A stretch of DNA of 45,455 nucleotides from a virus (lineage: Duplodnaviria > Caudoviricetes), in IMG/VR virus record IMGVR_UViG_3300020181_000321, positions 1-45,455 of that record. One strand, 5' to 3'. Each line of letters starts with the position of its first letter. Position 1 is the stretch's first letter. The position numbers were made by a program, and so were the translations under genes. The notes below the pieces were generated by a model that saw only the letters and a list, made by a program, of their open reading frames with translations, was not told the origin of the DNA and searched no databases. Below, piece after piece: positions 18,302 through 26,396 of this stretch.

Positions 18302-18679
18302 ATGGACTTCGGATTGAGGGACGATCGCTGGTACGGCACGTTCTACACCCAAAGCTCGGGAGACGAGCTTGAGGTCGTGTGCGGCCGAATCCTGCGGGAC
18401 CTGCGAGCCGACCGGAAGGAGGGCGTACTGCCCCGCAACTCGGTCTACACCGTGGTCCTGATCGGCCGGACGATCACCGTGCAGGTGTTCGTGACCCCCG
18501 GCACGGTCGAGTCGGCCTCCGCCAAGGACGGCGTCCGGAACCGGGTGCGGACCATCGGCGACCGCTACAACTGGATCGGCAAGGTCAACACCTCCGACGT
18601 CCGGTACCACCTGAAGGTCTCGGTTTCCGAGGTTCGCACCTCGGTAACCGGCCTCGCGGCCGGCGGACTGTTCGGCTGA
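18302..18679 (+). CDS. Accessory protein, possibly LPD29-like
   Basis: IxRDL...K.G.LP...Y.V...TITV...I..RYN pattern recalled for LPD29; own promoter. Confidence 0.55.
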   Translation: MDFGLRDDRWYGTFYTQSSGDELEVVCGRILRDLRADRKEGVLPRNSVYTVVLIGRTITVQVFVTPGTVESASAKDGVRNRVRTIGDRYNWIGKVNTSDVRYHLKVSVSEVRTSVTGLAAGGLFG

Positions 18680-18829
18680 TCCCCTCGACCGGGCGGCACC
18701 ACCAGGTGCCGCCCGGCACCCTTCCACCGTCGAGCCCCCACGCACACAGGAACCCCCGGCGAGCCTTGCACGCTCGACCGGGGGCCAGTGGAAAGAATCC
18801 GCCACCAGGATAGCCGCCAGGAGCACGCC

Positions 18830-19057
18830 ATGCCGCGCCGCCCGTCACCCGCCCCGCCCGAGCTGGACCTCGTCCGCGACCTGGCCGAGGAGCTGGCGCG
18901 CGCCGAGGCCGAGGTCGACCGACTCCGCGCCGCGCGCAACCACGCCATGCAGGCGGCCAAGCGCGCCGGCGCGACGGGCGACCAGCTCGGCGCTGCCGCG
19001 CGCATGTCCCGCCGCAAGGCCGTCGACATCGTCGGAGACGGCAGGACTTCGCCCTAG
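18830..19057 (+). CDS. Small coiled-coil + HTH regulator
   Basis: RNHAMQAAKRAGATGDQLGAAARMSRRKAVDIV; AGGAG RBS. Confidence 0.75.
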   Translation: MPRRPSPAPPELDLVRDLAEELARAEAEVDRLRAARNHAMQAAKRAGATGDQLGAAARMSRRKAVDIVGDGRTSP

Positions 19058-19075
19058 CGCCGGGCCCCACAGCGC

Positions 19076-19109
19076 AGCGGCCCCCGACCGGAACCGGTCG
19101 GGGGCCGCT
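19076..19109. terminator. Terminator between convergent genes
   Basis: AGCGGCCCCCGACCG-GAAC-CGGTCGGGGGCCGCT. Confidence 0.75.
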
Positions 19110-19124
19110 CTACGCCACCGGGCG

Positions 19125-19652
19125 TCACGCCTTCGGGGCCGGGCCCGGCTTGCGCCGCCGGATCGCCGCGTAGCGCTCGGCCACCGCACGCAGCCAGTAG
19201 CCGCGCACCACCGGCCGGGGGAAAATGTGCTCGCGTCCGACCTGGTCCGCCTTGCGCCGCTCGTGTTCCAACTCGTACACGCGCTGCACCGTCACGCCCA
19301 GCAGCTCGGCGAACTCCGCCGTGCTGATCAGCGGCGGCACCCCCGCCGTCGCCGAACGGCGCTCGGCCTCCTCCTCCGACAGGATCTCGACCGCCACCCA
19401 ATCCCGCAGGGCGTGACCGGCCGAGTTGACCAACCTGTCCGCGACCGCGCCGCGCAGCTGCAGCGGGAAGTCCCACGGGATGCTGTCGCTCTCGACCGTC
19501 ACCGCCACCGTGACGCGCCTGCCCTCCTGGACCGACACGTACAGCAGCTCCGCGCCGCAGTCCTCCGCAGCGAGCCGCCCGGCCCGCGCCACCGCCAGCT
19601 CGGCCGGCTCGCCGTAGATCAGGCACTGAACGCTCACGTGCCACGTGCTCAT
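19125..19652 (-). CDS. HicB-like antitoxin / DNA-binding protein with C-terminal HTH
   Basis: N-terminal alpha/beta domain, then LISTAEFAELLGVTVQRVYEL..FPRPV; strong RBS. Confidence 0.6.
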   Translation of the reverse strand: MSTWHVSVQCLIYGEPAELAVARAGRLAAEDCGAELLYVSVQEGRRVTVAVTVESDSIPWDFPLQLRGAVADRLVNSAGHALRDWVAVEILSEEEAERRSATAGVPPLISTAEFAELLGVTVQRVYELEHERRKADQVGREHIFPRPVVRGYWLRAVAERYAAIRRRKPGPAPKA

Positions 19653-19756
19653 GCCGCCATCTCCTCAAATCCTTGAACTTCTGTGGGCTTTACAGGGTGG
19701 ATACGCTGGGCGGGCGGCCCGAGGGTGCTAGCACCATCCTCGGGCCGCCCTGGCGA

Positions 19757-20029
19757 CTACTCGCCCCTCGGCTGCTCGCCGTGGATGCCGTCCTCGTGGT
19801 CCGGCGGCCACGGCCACCAGAGCCCGTCAACGACGATCCACGCCATGAGGATGATCCGGAGCTTGCGCTCCAAGGACTCGTCCTTCAGCAGCTTCGTCGG
19901 AACCAGGCGCTCGCCACCGAGGGTGGAGATGGTGTGCAGGTACTCCACACCGTCGTCGTCCTCGCGGACGACGACCAGCCACCCCTGGTCTCGCATCGCC
20001 GTGAGGATCCGGGTTCCCAGCTTGGTCAT
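19757..20029 (-). CDS. Diverged HicA-like protein
   Basis: IL.AM..QGW.V start and G..WP.PP end resemble actinobacterial HicA-like toxins; lies upstream of the antitoxin-like gene; GGAGG RBS. Confidence 0.45.
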   Translation of the reverse strand: MTKLGTRILTAMRDQGWLVVVREDDDGVEYLHTISTLGGERLVPTKLLKDESLERKLRIILMAWIVVDGLWWPWPPDHEDGIHGEQPRGE

Positions 20030-20154
20030 TCGGTTTCACCTCCCTTCGTTCTCGTGATGCCAAGTCTAGCAGAATTACCCAAGGTTTTTAAAGGAACTAG
20101 GAGTGAGCTGGGACACAACTACCCCGCGCGCCCGCACAGAGGCACAATGCCCCG

Positions 20155-20703
20155 ATGACCGCCGTCACCACCTGGCTCCGCGAACAGATCGACTGGACAC
20201 GACGCGTCGCCGCCGCCGCCACCCCCGGCCCCTGGCGACACGACCCCGCCAAACCCTGGACCCGCCCCGGCACCACCGAGCCCGAAGAAGCCGTCTTCGC
20301 CGGACCACCCGGCAAGCGCGCGGCCTGCGTCGCCGGCACCGGCGCATCCGACGACCAGCAGTCCATGCTGGACGCCCGCCACATCGCACTGCACGACCCG
20401 ACAGCCGCGCTCGCCCTGTGCGACTCCCAGACCGCCATCCTCGACTGGATCGAAGAAAACACCACCAGCGACCTCAAGCTGACCAGCCCCGACCAGGACG
20501 CCGACGAGTTCCTCGGCAGCCTGTTCCTCTCCCTCCGGACCCGCGGGCTGCTCGACGCGCTGCTCCTGGCCTACCGGCACCGTCCCGGCTACGACGAGGT
20601 CGCCGCCGCGCACGCGGCGGAACCCACCGAAGTGCACCTGAGCATCAGCGACGACGAACTCACCGCCCGCCGAGACCTGCACCGCAAGGCCGGCGAGCCG
20701 TGA
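20155..20703 (+). CDS. DUF6221-like actinophage protein
   Basis: AAAATPGPW, ARHIALHDP, LLLAYRHRPGYDE motifs. Confidence 0.75.
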   Translation: MTAVTTWLREQIDWTRRVAAAATPGPWRHDPAKPWTRPGTTEPEEAVFAGPPGKRAACVAGTGASDDQQSMLDARHIALHDPTAALALCDSQTAILDWIEENTTSDLKLTSPDQDADEFLGSLFLSLRTRGLLDALLLAYRHRPGYDEVAAAHAAEPTEVHLSISDDELTARRDLHRKAGEP

Positions 20704-20794
20704 CACACCGGCACGACACCGTCGGCGGCCCGCGCCGCCGACTTCCGACCGGCCCACAGCAGGGCGCGGGCCGCCGAGAGCGAAGGGCAACCTG

Positions 20795-21010
20795 GTGAGC
20801 GAACGTGCGGTGATGCTGAGCCTGGACACACCCGACGACGCAGAGCGCTGCGCGCAGTTCCTCGAACGCCTGGCGCAGCTGGTGCGCACGCGCGGGCCCG
20901 CCACCGTGGAGATCACCACCAGCCGGCAGATCATCGAACTGCCGGGGGCCGAGGGCTTCGACCTCGACGTCGGCCTGGAGCACGCCACGGTCGACATCCG
21001 CTGGGGGTGA
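20795..21010 (+). CDS. Small hypothetical protein
   Basis: Good codon usage. Confidence 0.55.
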   Translation: MSERAVMLSLDTPDDAERCAQFLERLAQLVRTRGPATVEITTSRQIIELPGAEGFDLDVGLEHATVDIRWG

Positions 21011-21191
21011 CCCGGACACGAAAACACCCGATGGCCCCGATGTGAGCTGGCGTCCGTTGATCGCTGAGCACCCCGAAGGGCTCTTACCAGGGCCTACCCA
21101 ACGGAACTGTCCCTGGTGCGGAAGCTGTCGCGTCTCACATGCCCGAGCCATCGGGCGTGGCCCAGCGTAGCGCTCCGGCACACTGGACGCC

Positions 21192-21434
21192 ATGACCACC
21201 GTGCTGCCGCCGGGCCGGGTGTCGCTCCGCGATGTCCAGGCCGCGCTGCTCGCCGAGTACCGGCGCACCGGCGACCGGTACTGGCTCGACATCACGCCCG
21301 GCCGGCTGCGGGTGATCAAGCACCGGCACCTGAGCAAGGGCCCGGGGTACGACGTGGTCGAGCTGACCCGGTGGCTCGACACGCACCGGCCGCCCGCGAC
21401 CACACGACTTGACCATGCCCTGACCAGCATGTAA
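21192..21434 (+). CDS. Small winged-HTH-like DNA-binding protein, last early gene
   Basis: ITPGRLRVIKHR...GYDVVEL pattern; immediately precedes the late leader. Confidence 0.55.
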   Translation: MTTVLPPGRVSLRDVQAALLAEYRRTGDRYWLDITPGRLRVIKHRHLSKGPGYDVVELTRWLDTHRPPATTRLDHALTSM

Positions 21435-21444
21435 CGCTGTGCGC

Positions 21445-21865
21445 GGGCGGAGCTGTATCCGCCCACAGAGGACTACCGTTCGCGCCGAGCGCGCGCACCA
21501 CGAGGCCCCACCGCCCTCCCCCCGGCGGTGGGGCCTCGCCCTTCCACCGGCTCAGGCCGGAACAAGTGGCTCGGCCGCCGGGGCGTCGGATGCCCCGGTC
21601 CGAGATGCGGTATCCGCGAGGACCGTGACGGCAGGCGCGTCCTAGGCCACCGCCTGCCGCCAACTTCCCCGGCCGCGGGCCGGGGGCACGACGAGTCGGC
21701 CAGCGGGACCGCCCCAGCCCTTCAGGGCTGCCGGGTACGGGCGCACCGGCAAGGCGGAAACCGGGCGGCAGCACCAAGCCGCAACGGGCCGTCGCCGAAC
21801 CCCCGCAGGGGTGCGCGGGGACCGGTCGTAGCCGCCGCACTGCGGCGGGGCGCGCGGCTACGACC
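21445..21865 (+). ncRNA. Candidate structured RNA / late-operon leader
   Basis: About ten consecutive hairpins in a ~450-bp intergenic gap; no convincing ORF; no known family recognised. Confidence 0.4.
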
Positions 21866-21886
21866 ACCCCCACCAAGGAGGTGACC

Positions 21887-23833
21887 ATGGCGCAGCGCTC
21901 GGTCCGTATCGCGATCGACAACAAGATCACCGGGGCCTGGGCCAAGGGCTCGATGCTGTGGGCGATGCCGCACCACCTCCGCGACGCCACCACCAAGGTG
22001 CTGCACGGCGCGGGCACGCTGCCGGTCGTGCTCGACGGACAGCCCGTCGTGGCCCAGATCCCCGTCACCGACGACCCCGCCGAGTTCCCCACCGACTGGG
22101 CCTGGACCGTCACCATCGACACCGACGTCCTGCGCGACACCTACCTCATCCAGGTGCCCAGCGGCGACGACGTGGTGGAGTTCCTGGACCTCACCCCGGT
22201 GGCCGACGGTGGCGGCCTCACCTCCTACGCCACCGTCGCGCAGCTGCTCGCTCACCAGGCCGCCGCCGACCCGCACCCGCAGTACCTGACCGAGGCCGAG
22301 GCCGACACCCGGTACGCGCCGGTGCCGCCCGCCGGTGTCGACCTCGGCGCGTGGCTCACCGGCTGGACCGCGGGCATCAGCTCCGGGCAGTCCTACCGCG
22401 AGCCCACCGGCCCCGAGGGCACCGACGGGGTGCTCGGCGTCGAGCGCCTGGCGCTCGGTGCCGACGCCGTCGCGCTGCTCGCCCCGCTCGGCGCGGTGGT
22501 GTCGTCCGGTGTGGACTCGGCCACCGGCCGCCCCTACGCGCTGGCCGCCTGGCCCACCACCGGCGACCGCACCTGGGGCGCGGTGCTCGTCGACCGCTCC
22601 CGCCCGGTCGGCCTGGTCGTCCAGTGCCCGCACCCGGTCGCCGACCAGCACACCGAGCTGCTGGCGCTGGCGCACTGGCGGGCGACGCCCGGCGCGCTGC
22701 TGGTGATCGCCGGTGCGCACCGCGACGCCACCGGCCAGCTGCAGGGCGGCTACCCGCTCGCCGACCCGGGCAAGCAGCCCGGCAGCCTGTTCCACCAGAT
22801 CAGCGCGGCCTACGCGGCGCGCGGCGTGCCCGCGGTGCAGTGGCATGGCTACGCCGACGCCACCGCGCCCGGCCTGGACTACGTGGTCGCCACCGGCAGC
22901 GGCAACCCGGGCCCGTCGGCGCGCCGGATCGCCGAGGAGCTGACCGACGCCGGGTTCGTCGCCGGCCGGGGCTGGGATTCCTCCGGCAGCGGGACCGGCA
23001 TCACCGGCCTGACCAACGTCCAGGGCGACGACGCGCACGCGCGCGGTGTGCCGTGGACCCACATCGAGGTCAGCGCGACCGTCCGGGCTCACCCCGACGC
23101 CCGCGAGCGCACCGTCGCCGCGGTCGTCGCGGCCCAGCCCGAGCTGCCCGGCGTCGGGCTCATGCTCGCCGTGCCGACGAGCGGGCAGTTCCCACGCCCC
23201 GTCGGCACCGCGAACACCGCGGGAACCTCCCCGTTCGCGGCGCGCGCCGACCACATCCACGCCGAGCGGCCCGCGACCCTGGCCCGCATCGACGTCCTGG
23301 AGCAGCGCGCTGCACCGCCGAACACGCTGGCCGGAGTCTCCCTCGACGCGTTGCAGGCCACCAGCAACACCGGCAGCGGCGTGACGTTCAGCGCGGGCAC
23401 GCTGCACCTGGTGCGCGTGCCCGTCCCCGTGGCCGCCACGGTGTCCACCGTGTACCTCGGCGTCGTCACCGCGGGCAGCGGGCTCGCCGTGGGCGCGTGC
23501 TGGGCCGGGCTCTACAGCGCGGCCGGCGTCCGGCTCGCCCAGACCGCCGACCAGGCCGCCGCGTGGTCGACGTCCGGCCTGAAGGCCATGCCGCTGACCG
23601 CGCCTGCCGACCTGGCCGCCGGGGTCTACTACGTCGGCGTGCTGGTCGGCGGGACCACGCTGCCGCAGCTGGCGCGCTCGGCCATCGCGGTGGCCGGGAC
23701 GCTCACCGCGGGCGTGCCCACCGGCGCCCACCGGCAGATGACCGGCCCGGCCGGACAGACCACGCTGCCCGCCAACGTCACCATGAGCGCCGCCTCCGCG
23801 GCCTCCTGGGTGCTCTGGACCGCCGTGGCCTGA
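21887..23833 (+). CDS. Fibre/decoration-type virion protein with internal Zn-hydrolase-like domain
   Basis: AAGGAGGT RBS; fibre-type N-domain (TDDP..P..W.W.V), H...DPHPQY and ARADHIH fibre motifs; PH..D/QWHG/HIEVS..R central domain; C-terminal beta domain. Confidence 0.65.
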   Translation: MAQRSVRIAIDNKITGAWAKGSMLWAMPHHLRDATTKVLHGAGTLPVVLDGQPVVAQIPVTDDPAEFPTDWAWTVTIDTDVLRDTYLIQVPSGDDVVEFLDLTPVADGGGLTSYATVAQLLAHQAAADPHPQYLTEAEADTRYAPVPPAGVDLGAWLTGWTAGISSGQSYREPTGPEGTDGVLGVERLALGADAVALLAPLGAVVSSGVDSATGRPYALAAWPTTGDRTWGAVLVDRSRPVGLVVQCPHPVADQHTELLALAHWRATPGALLVIAGAHRDATGQLQGGYPLADPGKQPGSLFHQISAAYAARGVPAVQWHGYADATAPGLDYVVATGSGNPGPSARRIAEELTDAGFVAGRGWDSSGSGTGITGLTNVQGDDAHARGVPWTHIEVSATVRAHPDARERTVAAVVAAQPELPGVGLMLAVPTSGQFPRPVGTANTAGTSPFAARADHIHAERPATLARIDVLEQRAAPPNTLAGVSLDALQATSNTGSGVTFSAGTLHLVRVPVPVAATVSTVYLGVVTAGSGLAVGACWAGLYSAAGVRLAQTADQAAAWSTSGLKAMPLTAPADLAAGVYYVGVLVGGTTLPQLARSAIAVAGTLTAGVPTGAHRQMTGPAGQTTLPANVTMSAASAASWVLWTAVA

Positions 23834-23867
23834 TCGGGCGTCCCCACGCGACCGCGGGGAGGTGCAC

Positions 23868-24395
23868 GTGGCCCTTCCGCTCACCGAGGCGGACTTCGAC
23901 CGCATCCGCGAGCTGCACGCCGCCGGCGCGTCCCGCAACGACATCGCCCGCGACCTCGGCCGCAGCGCCGCCACCATCAGCAAGTGGTGCGGCCGGCTCG
24001 GCCTGGCGTTCGACCGCACGTCCACCCAGGCGGCGACCGCCGCCAAGGTCCAGGACGCCAAGGCCAAGCGCGCGGAGCTGATGCAGGGCCTGCTCGACGA
24101 CGCCCAACGCCTGCGCGAGCAGCTGTTCGCCCCGGCCGTGGTCTTCTCGTTCGGCGGCAAGGACAACAGCTACGAGTCCCGGCGCGTGCCCGAACCGCCG
24201 GCGCGGGACAAGCGCGACCTCATGGCCAGCATCAACCAGGCGCTCATGGCGTCGCTACGCCTGGACGAGCACGACCGCGGATCCGACGTCGACGACGCCA
24301 AGGCGATGGTCGACGAGCTGTACGAGGCCCTGACCGGCGCCTGGGAGCAGTACCACCGCGAGCACCCGGAGCAGACCCCCGGCGGCCCGTCGTGA
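23868..24395 (+). CDS. terS: Terminase small subunit (N-terminal HTH)
   Basis: GASRNDIARDLGRSAATISKW HTH; coupled to terL. Confidence 0.8.
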   Translation: MALPLTEADFDRIRELHAAGASRNDIARDLGRSAATISKWCGRLGLAFDRTSTQAATAAKVQDAKAKRAELMQGLLDDAQRLREQLFAPAVVFSFGGKDNSYESRRVPEPPARDKRDLMASINQALMASLRLDEHDRGSDVDDAKAMVDELYEALTGAWEQYHREHPEQTPGGPS

Positions 24396-25663
24396 TCATC
24401 CTCCGCGACCACATCGACCTGCGGAAACTCCCGCTGAGCTACCGGCAGATCGACTACGTGGTGAACTCGAACGAGTTCGTCAACCTGTCCGAGGGGTCGG
24501 TGCGGTCCGGCAAGACCGCGTCCGGCCTGTTCCGGTGGCTCAAGTTCGTCAACAGCGCGCCCCGCAAGGGCGACTTGGTGGTGTGCGCCAAGACGTTCGA
24601 CACCGCCACGCGCAACATCTTCAACCCGCTCAGGGAACACCCCCTGTTCGGCTCGAAGATCGCCAAGAGCGTGTCCTACACGCGCGGCGCGCCCACCGCC
24701 CGAATCCTCGGTCGCGAGGTCGAGGTCATCACGTTCAACGACGAACGCGCCGAGGGGCGGCTGCGCGGCCTGACCGCCGCCGGCGCGTACGTCGACGAGT
24801 GGTCGCTGATGCCGCGCAGCTTCAACGACCAGCTGCTGTCGCGCTGCTCGACCGACGGGGCCCAGATTTTCGGCAACACCAACCCGGACAACCCGCGGCA
24901 CTGGCTCAAAGCGGACTACATCGACCAGACCGGGCCCGGTGGCCGGCTGAGCGACTGGAAGGTCTGGAAGTTCCTGCTCGACGACAACCCGAGCCTCAGC
25001 GAGCGGGTCAAGGAGCGCTACCGCAGGCAGTTCATCGGCCTCTGGTACAAGCGCATGATCCTCGGCCAGTGGGTGGTGGCCGAGGGCGCGGTCTACGAGG
25101 CGTGGGACCCCGAGCGGCACGTCGTCAAGACCCTGCCGCAGATCGTCCGCTGGATCGCGCTGGGTGTGGACTACGGCACGACCAACCCGTTCGCCGCGCT
25201 CGTGCTGGGCCTGGGCGTGGATGGCCAGCTGTACCTCACGAACGAGTGGCGCTGGGACAGTAAGAAGCGGCAGCGCGCGCTCACCGACGCCGAGTACAGC
25301 GCCCGCCTGCGCAGCTGGCTCGGAGACCTCGGCATCCAGCCCGAGTGGACGATCGTCGACCCCTCGGCCGCGTCGTTCGTGCAGCAGCTGCACCGCGACG
25401 GCATCACCCCGCGCGCGGGCGACAACGCGGTGATCGACGGCATCCGCCTCATCGCCTCGCTGCTCCAGGCCGGACTGCTGCTCGTGCACGAGTCCTGCGA
25501 GGGCTGGATCGCCGAGGCCCCCGGCTACAGCTGGGACCCGAAAGCCGCGCTGAAGGGGATCGACGCGCCGGTGAAGCTCGACGACCACTCGCTGGACGCC
25601 GGGCGGTACGGCATCAAGACCACCCAGGCCATCTGGCAGGGACAACTACTGGAGGCAGCGTGA
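24392..25663 (+). CDS. terL: Terminase large subunit (PBSX-type)
   Basis: Walker A GSVRSGKT, Walker B YVDE, TNPDNP, nuclease motifs GVDYG, DPS, DHSLDA. Confidence 0.96.
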   Translation: MIILRDHIDLRKLPLSYRQIDYVVNSNEFVNLSEGSVRSGKTASGLFRWLKFVNSAPRKGDLVVCAKTFDTATRNIFNPLREHPLFGSKIAKSVSYTRGAPTARILGREVEVITFNDERAEGRLRGLTAAGAYVDEWSLMPRSFNDQLLSRCSTDGAQIFGNTNPDNPRHWLKADYIDQTGPGGRLSDWKVWKFLLDDNPSLSERVKERYRRQFIGLWYKRMILGQWVVAEGAVYEAWDPERHVVKTLPQIVRWIALGVDYGTTNPFAALVLGLGVDGQLYLTNEWRWDSKKRQRALTDAEYSARLRSWLGDLGIQPEWTIVDPSAASFVQQLHRDGITPRAGDNAVIDGIRLIASLLQAGLLLVHESCEGWIAEAPGYSWDPKAALKGIDAPVKLDDHSLDAGRYGIKTTQAIWQGQLLEAA

Positions 25664-25905
25664 TCAACATCGGCCAGTACCGGCACCCGGCCGTGCACGA
25701 GTTCAGCGACATGTTCGAGTTCGAGCACCTCCCCGAGGGCCTGCCGCGCGAGGTCAGCAGGACGTTCCACGACCACGCCCAGCAGCTCGTCGACCTGCTC
25801 CCCGACGGCCCTGGTCTCACCAGGTCGCTGCACCGCCTGTGGGAGGCCAAGAACGAGGCGGTGTTCCTCGCCGTGCGCGAGGCCAAGAAGCAGGCCAGCG
25901 CCTGA
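25660..25905 (+). CDS. Small helical-hairpin protein (Acb2/Tad1-like pattern)
   Basis: F.FEHLP...VS..F...LPDGP.LT..L..L.EAK..AV. Confidence 0.6.
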   Translation: MINIGQYRHPAVHEFSDMFEFEHLPEGLPREVSRTFHDHAQQLVDLLPDGPGLTRSLHRLWEAKNEAVFLAVREAKKQASA

Positions 25906-26393
25906 TGTCCACGCTCTCCCGCGTGCTGGAGCAGATCGAGCAGCACGACACCGACTACGCCGCCCGCTACCCGCTGGTGTGGCAGGCGCTCCACCTCGCC
26001 CTGGACGCCGGCCTCGCCGCGGGTGTCCGGATCGACCCCGCCGAGCCCGAGTGGCCGGTCGTCTACATCAACCTGCCCACCGGCCAGGTGTCGTGGCACA
26101 TGCCGCAGCACCCGGTGGCGTACGACGGGCACAGCACCGACGAGAAGTACGCGCGCGTCCGCGCCTACGTGGAGTCGCAGGCCACTGCTCCCGCCCCGTC
26201 CGCGCCGTTCGGCCAGGTGCAGCGCGAGCGGGTCAATGCCGCCGTGCAGGCGCTCGGTCTGCCGACCGAGGACCTGCGCAGCGTGGACGTCCGCCCGGCC
26301 CGGCTCACCGCGCGGTACCTGCTGCGCACCGAGTCCCGTACCCACCCGCACGGCGTCGTCGAGGCCGTGGTGGTGATACCGATCAGGGGGTGA
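25905..26393 (+). CDS. WDGH-like domain protein
   Basis: W.VVYI.LPTGQVSWH...YDGHST.EKY.R motif. Confidence 0.65.
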   Translation: MSTLSRVLEQIEQHDTDYAARYPLVWQALHLALDAGLAAGVRIDPAEPEWPVVYINLPTGQVSWHMPQHPVAYDGHSTDEKYARVRAYVESQATAPAPSAPFGQVQRERVNAAVQALGLPTEDLRSVDVRPARLTARYLLRTESRTHPHGVVEAVVVIPIRG

Positions 26394-26396
26394 ACC

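Noticed and set aside
21793-21825. CGCCGAAC...GGGGACC resembling the 5' part of a c-di-AMP (ydaO) riboswitch
   Set aside because: The downstream conserved elements of that family are absent.
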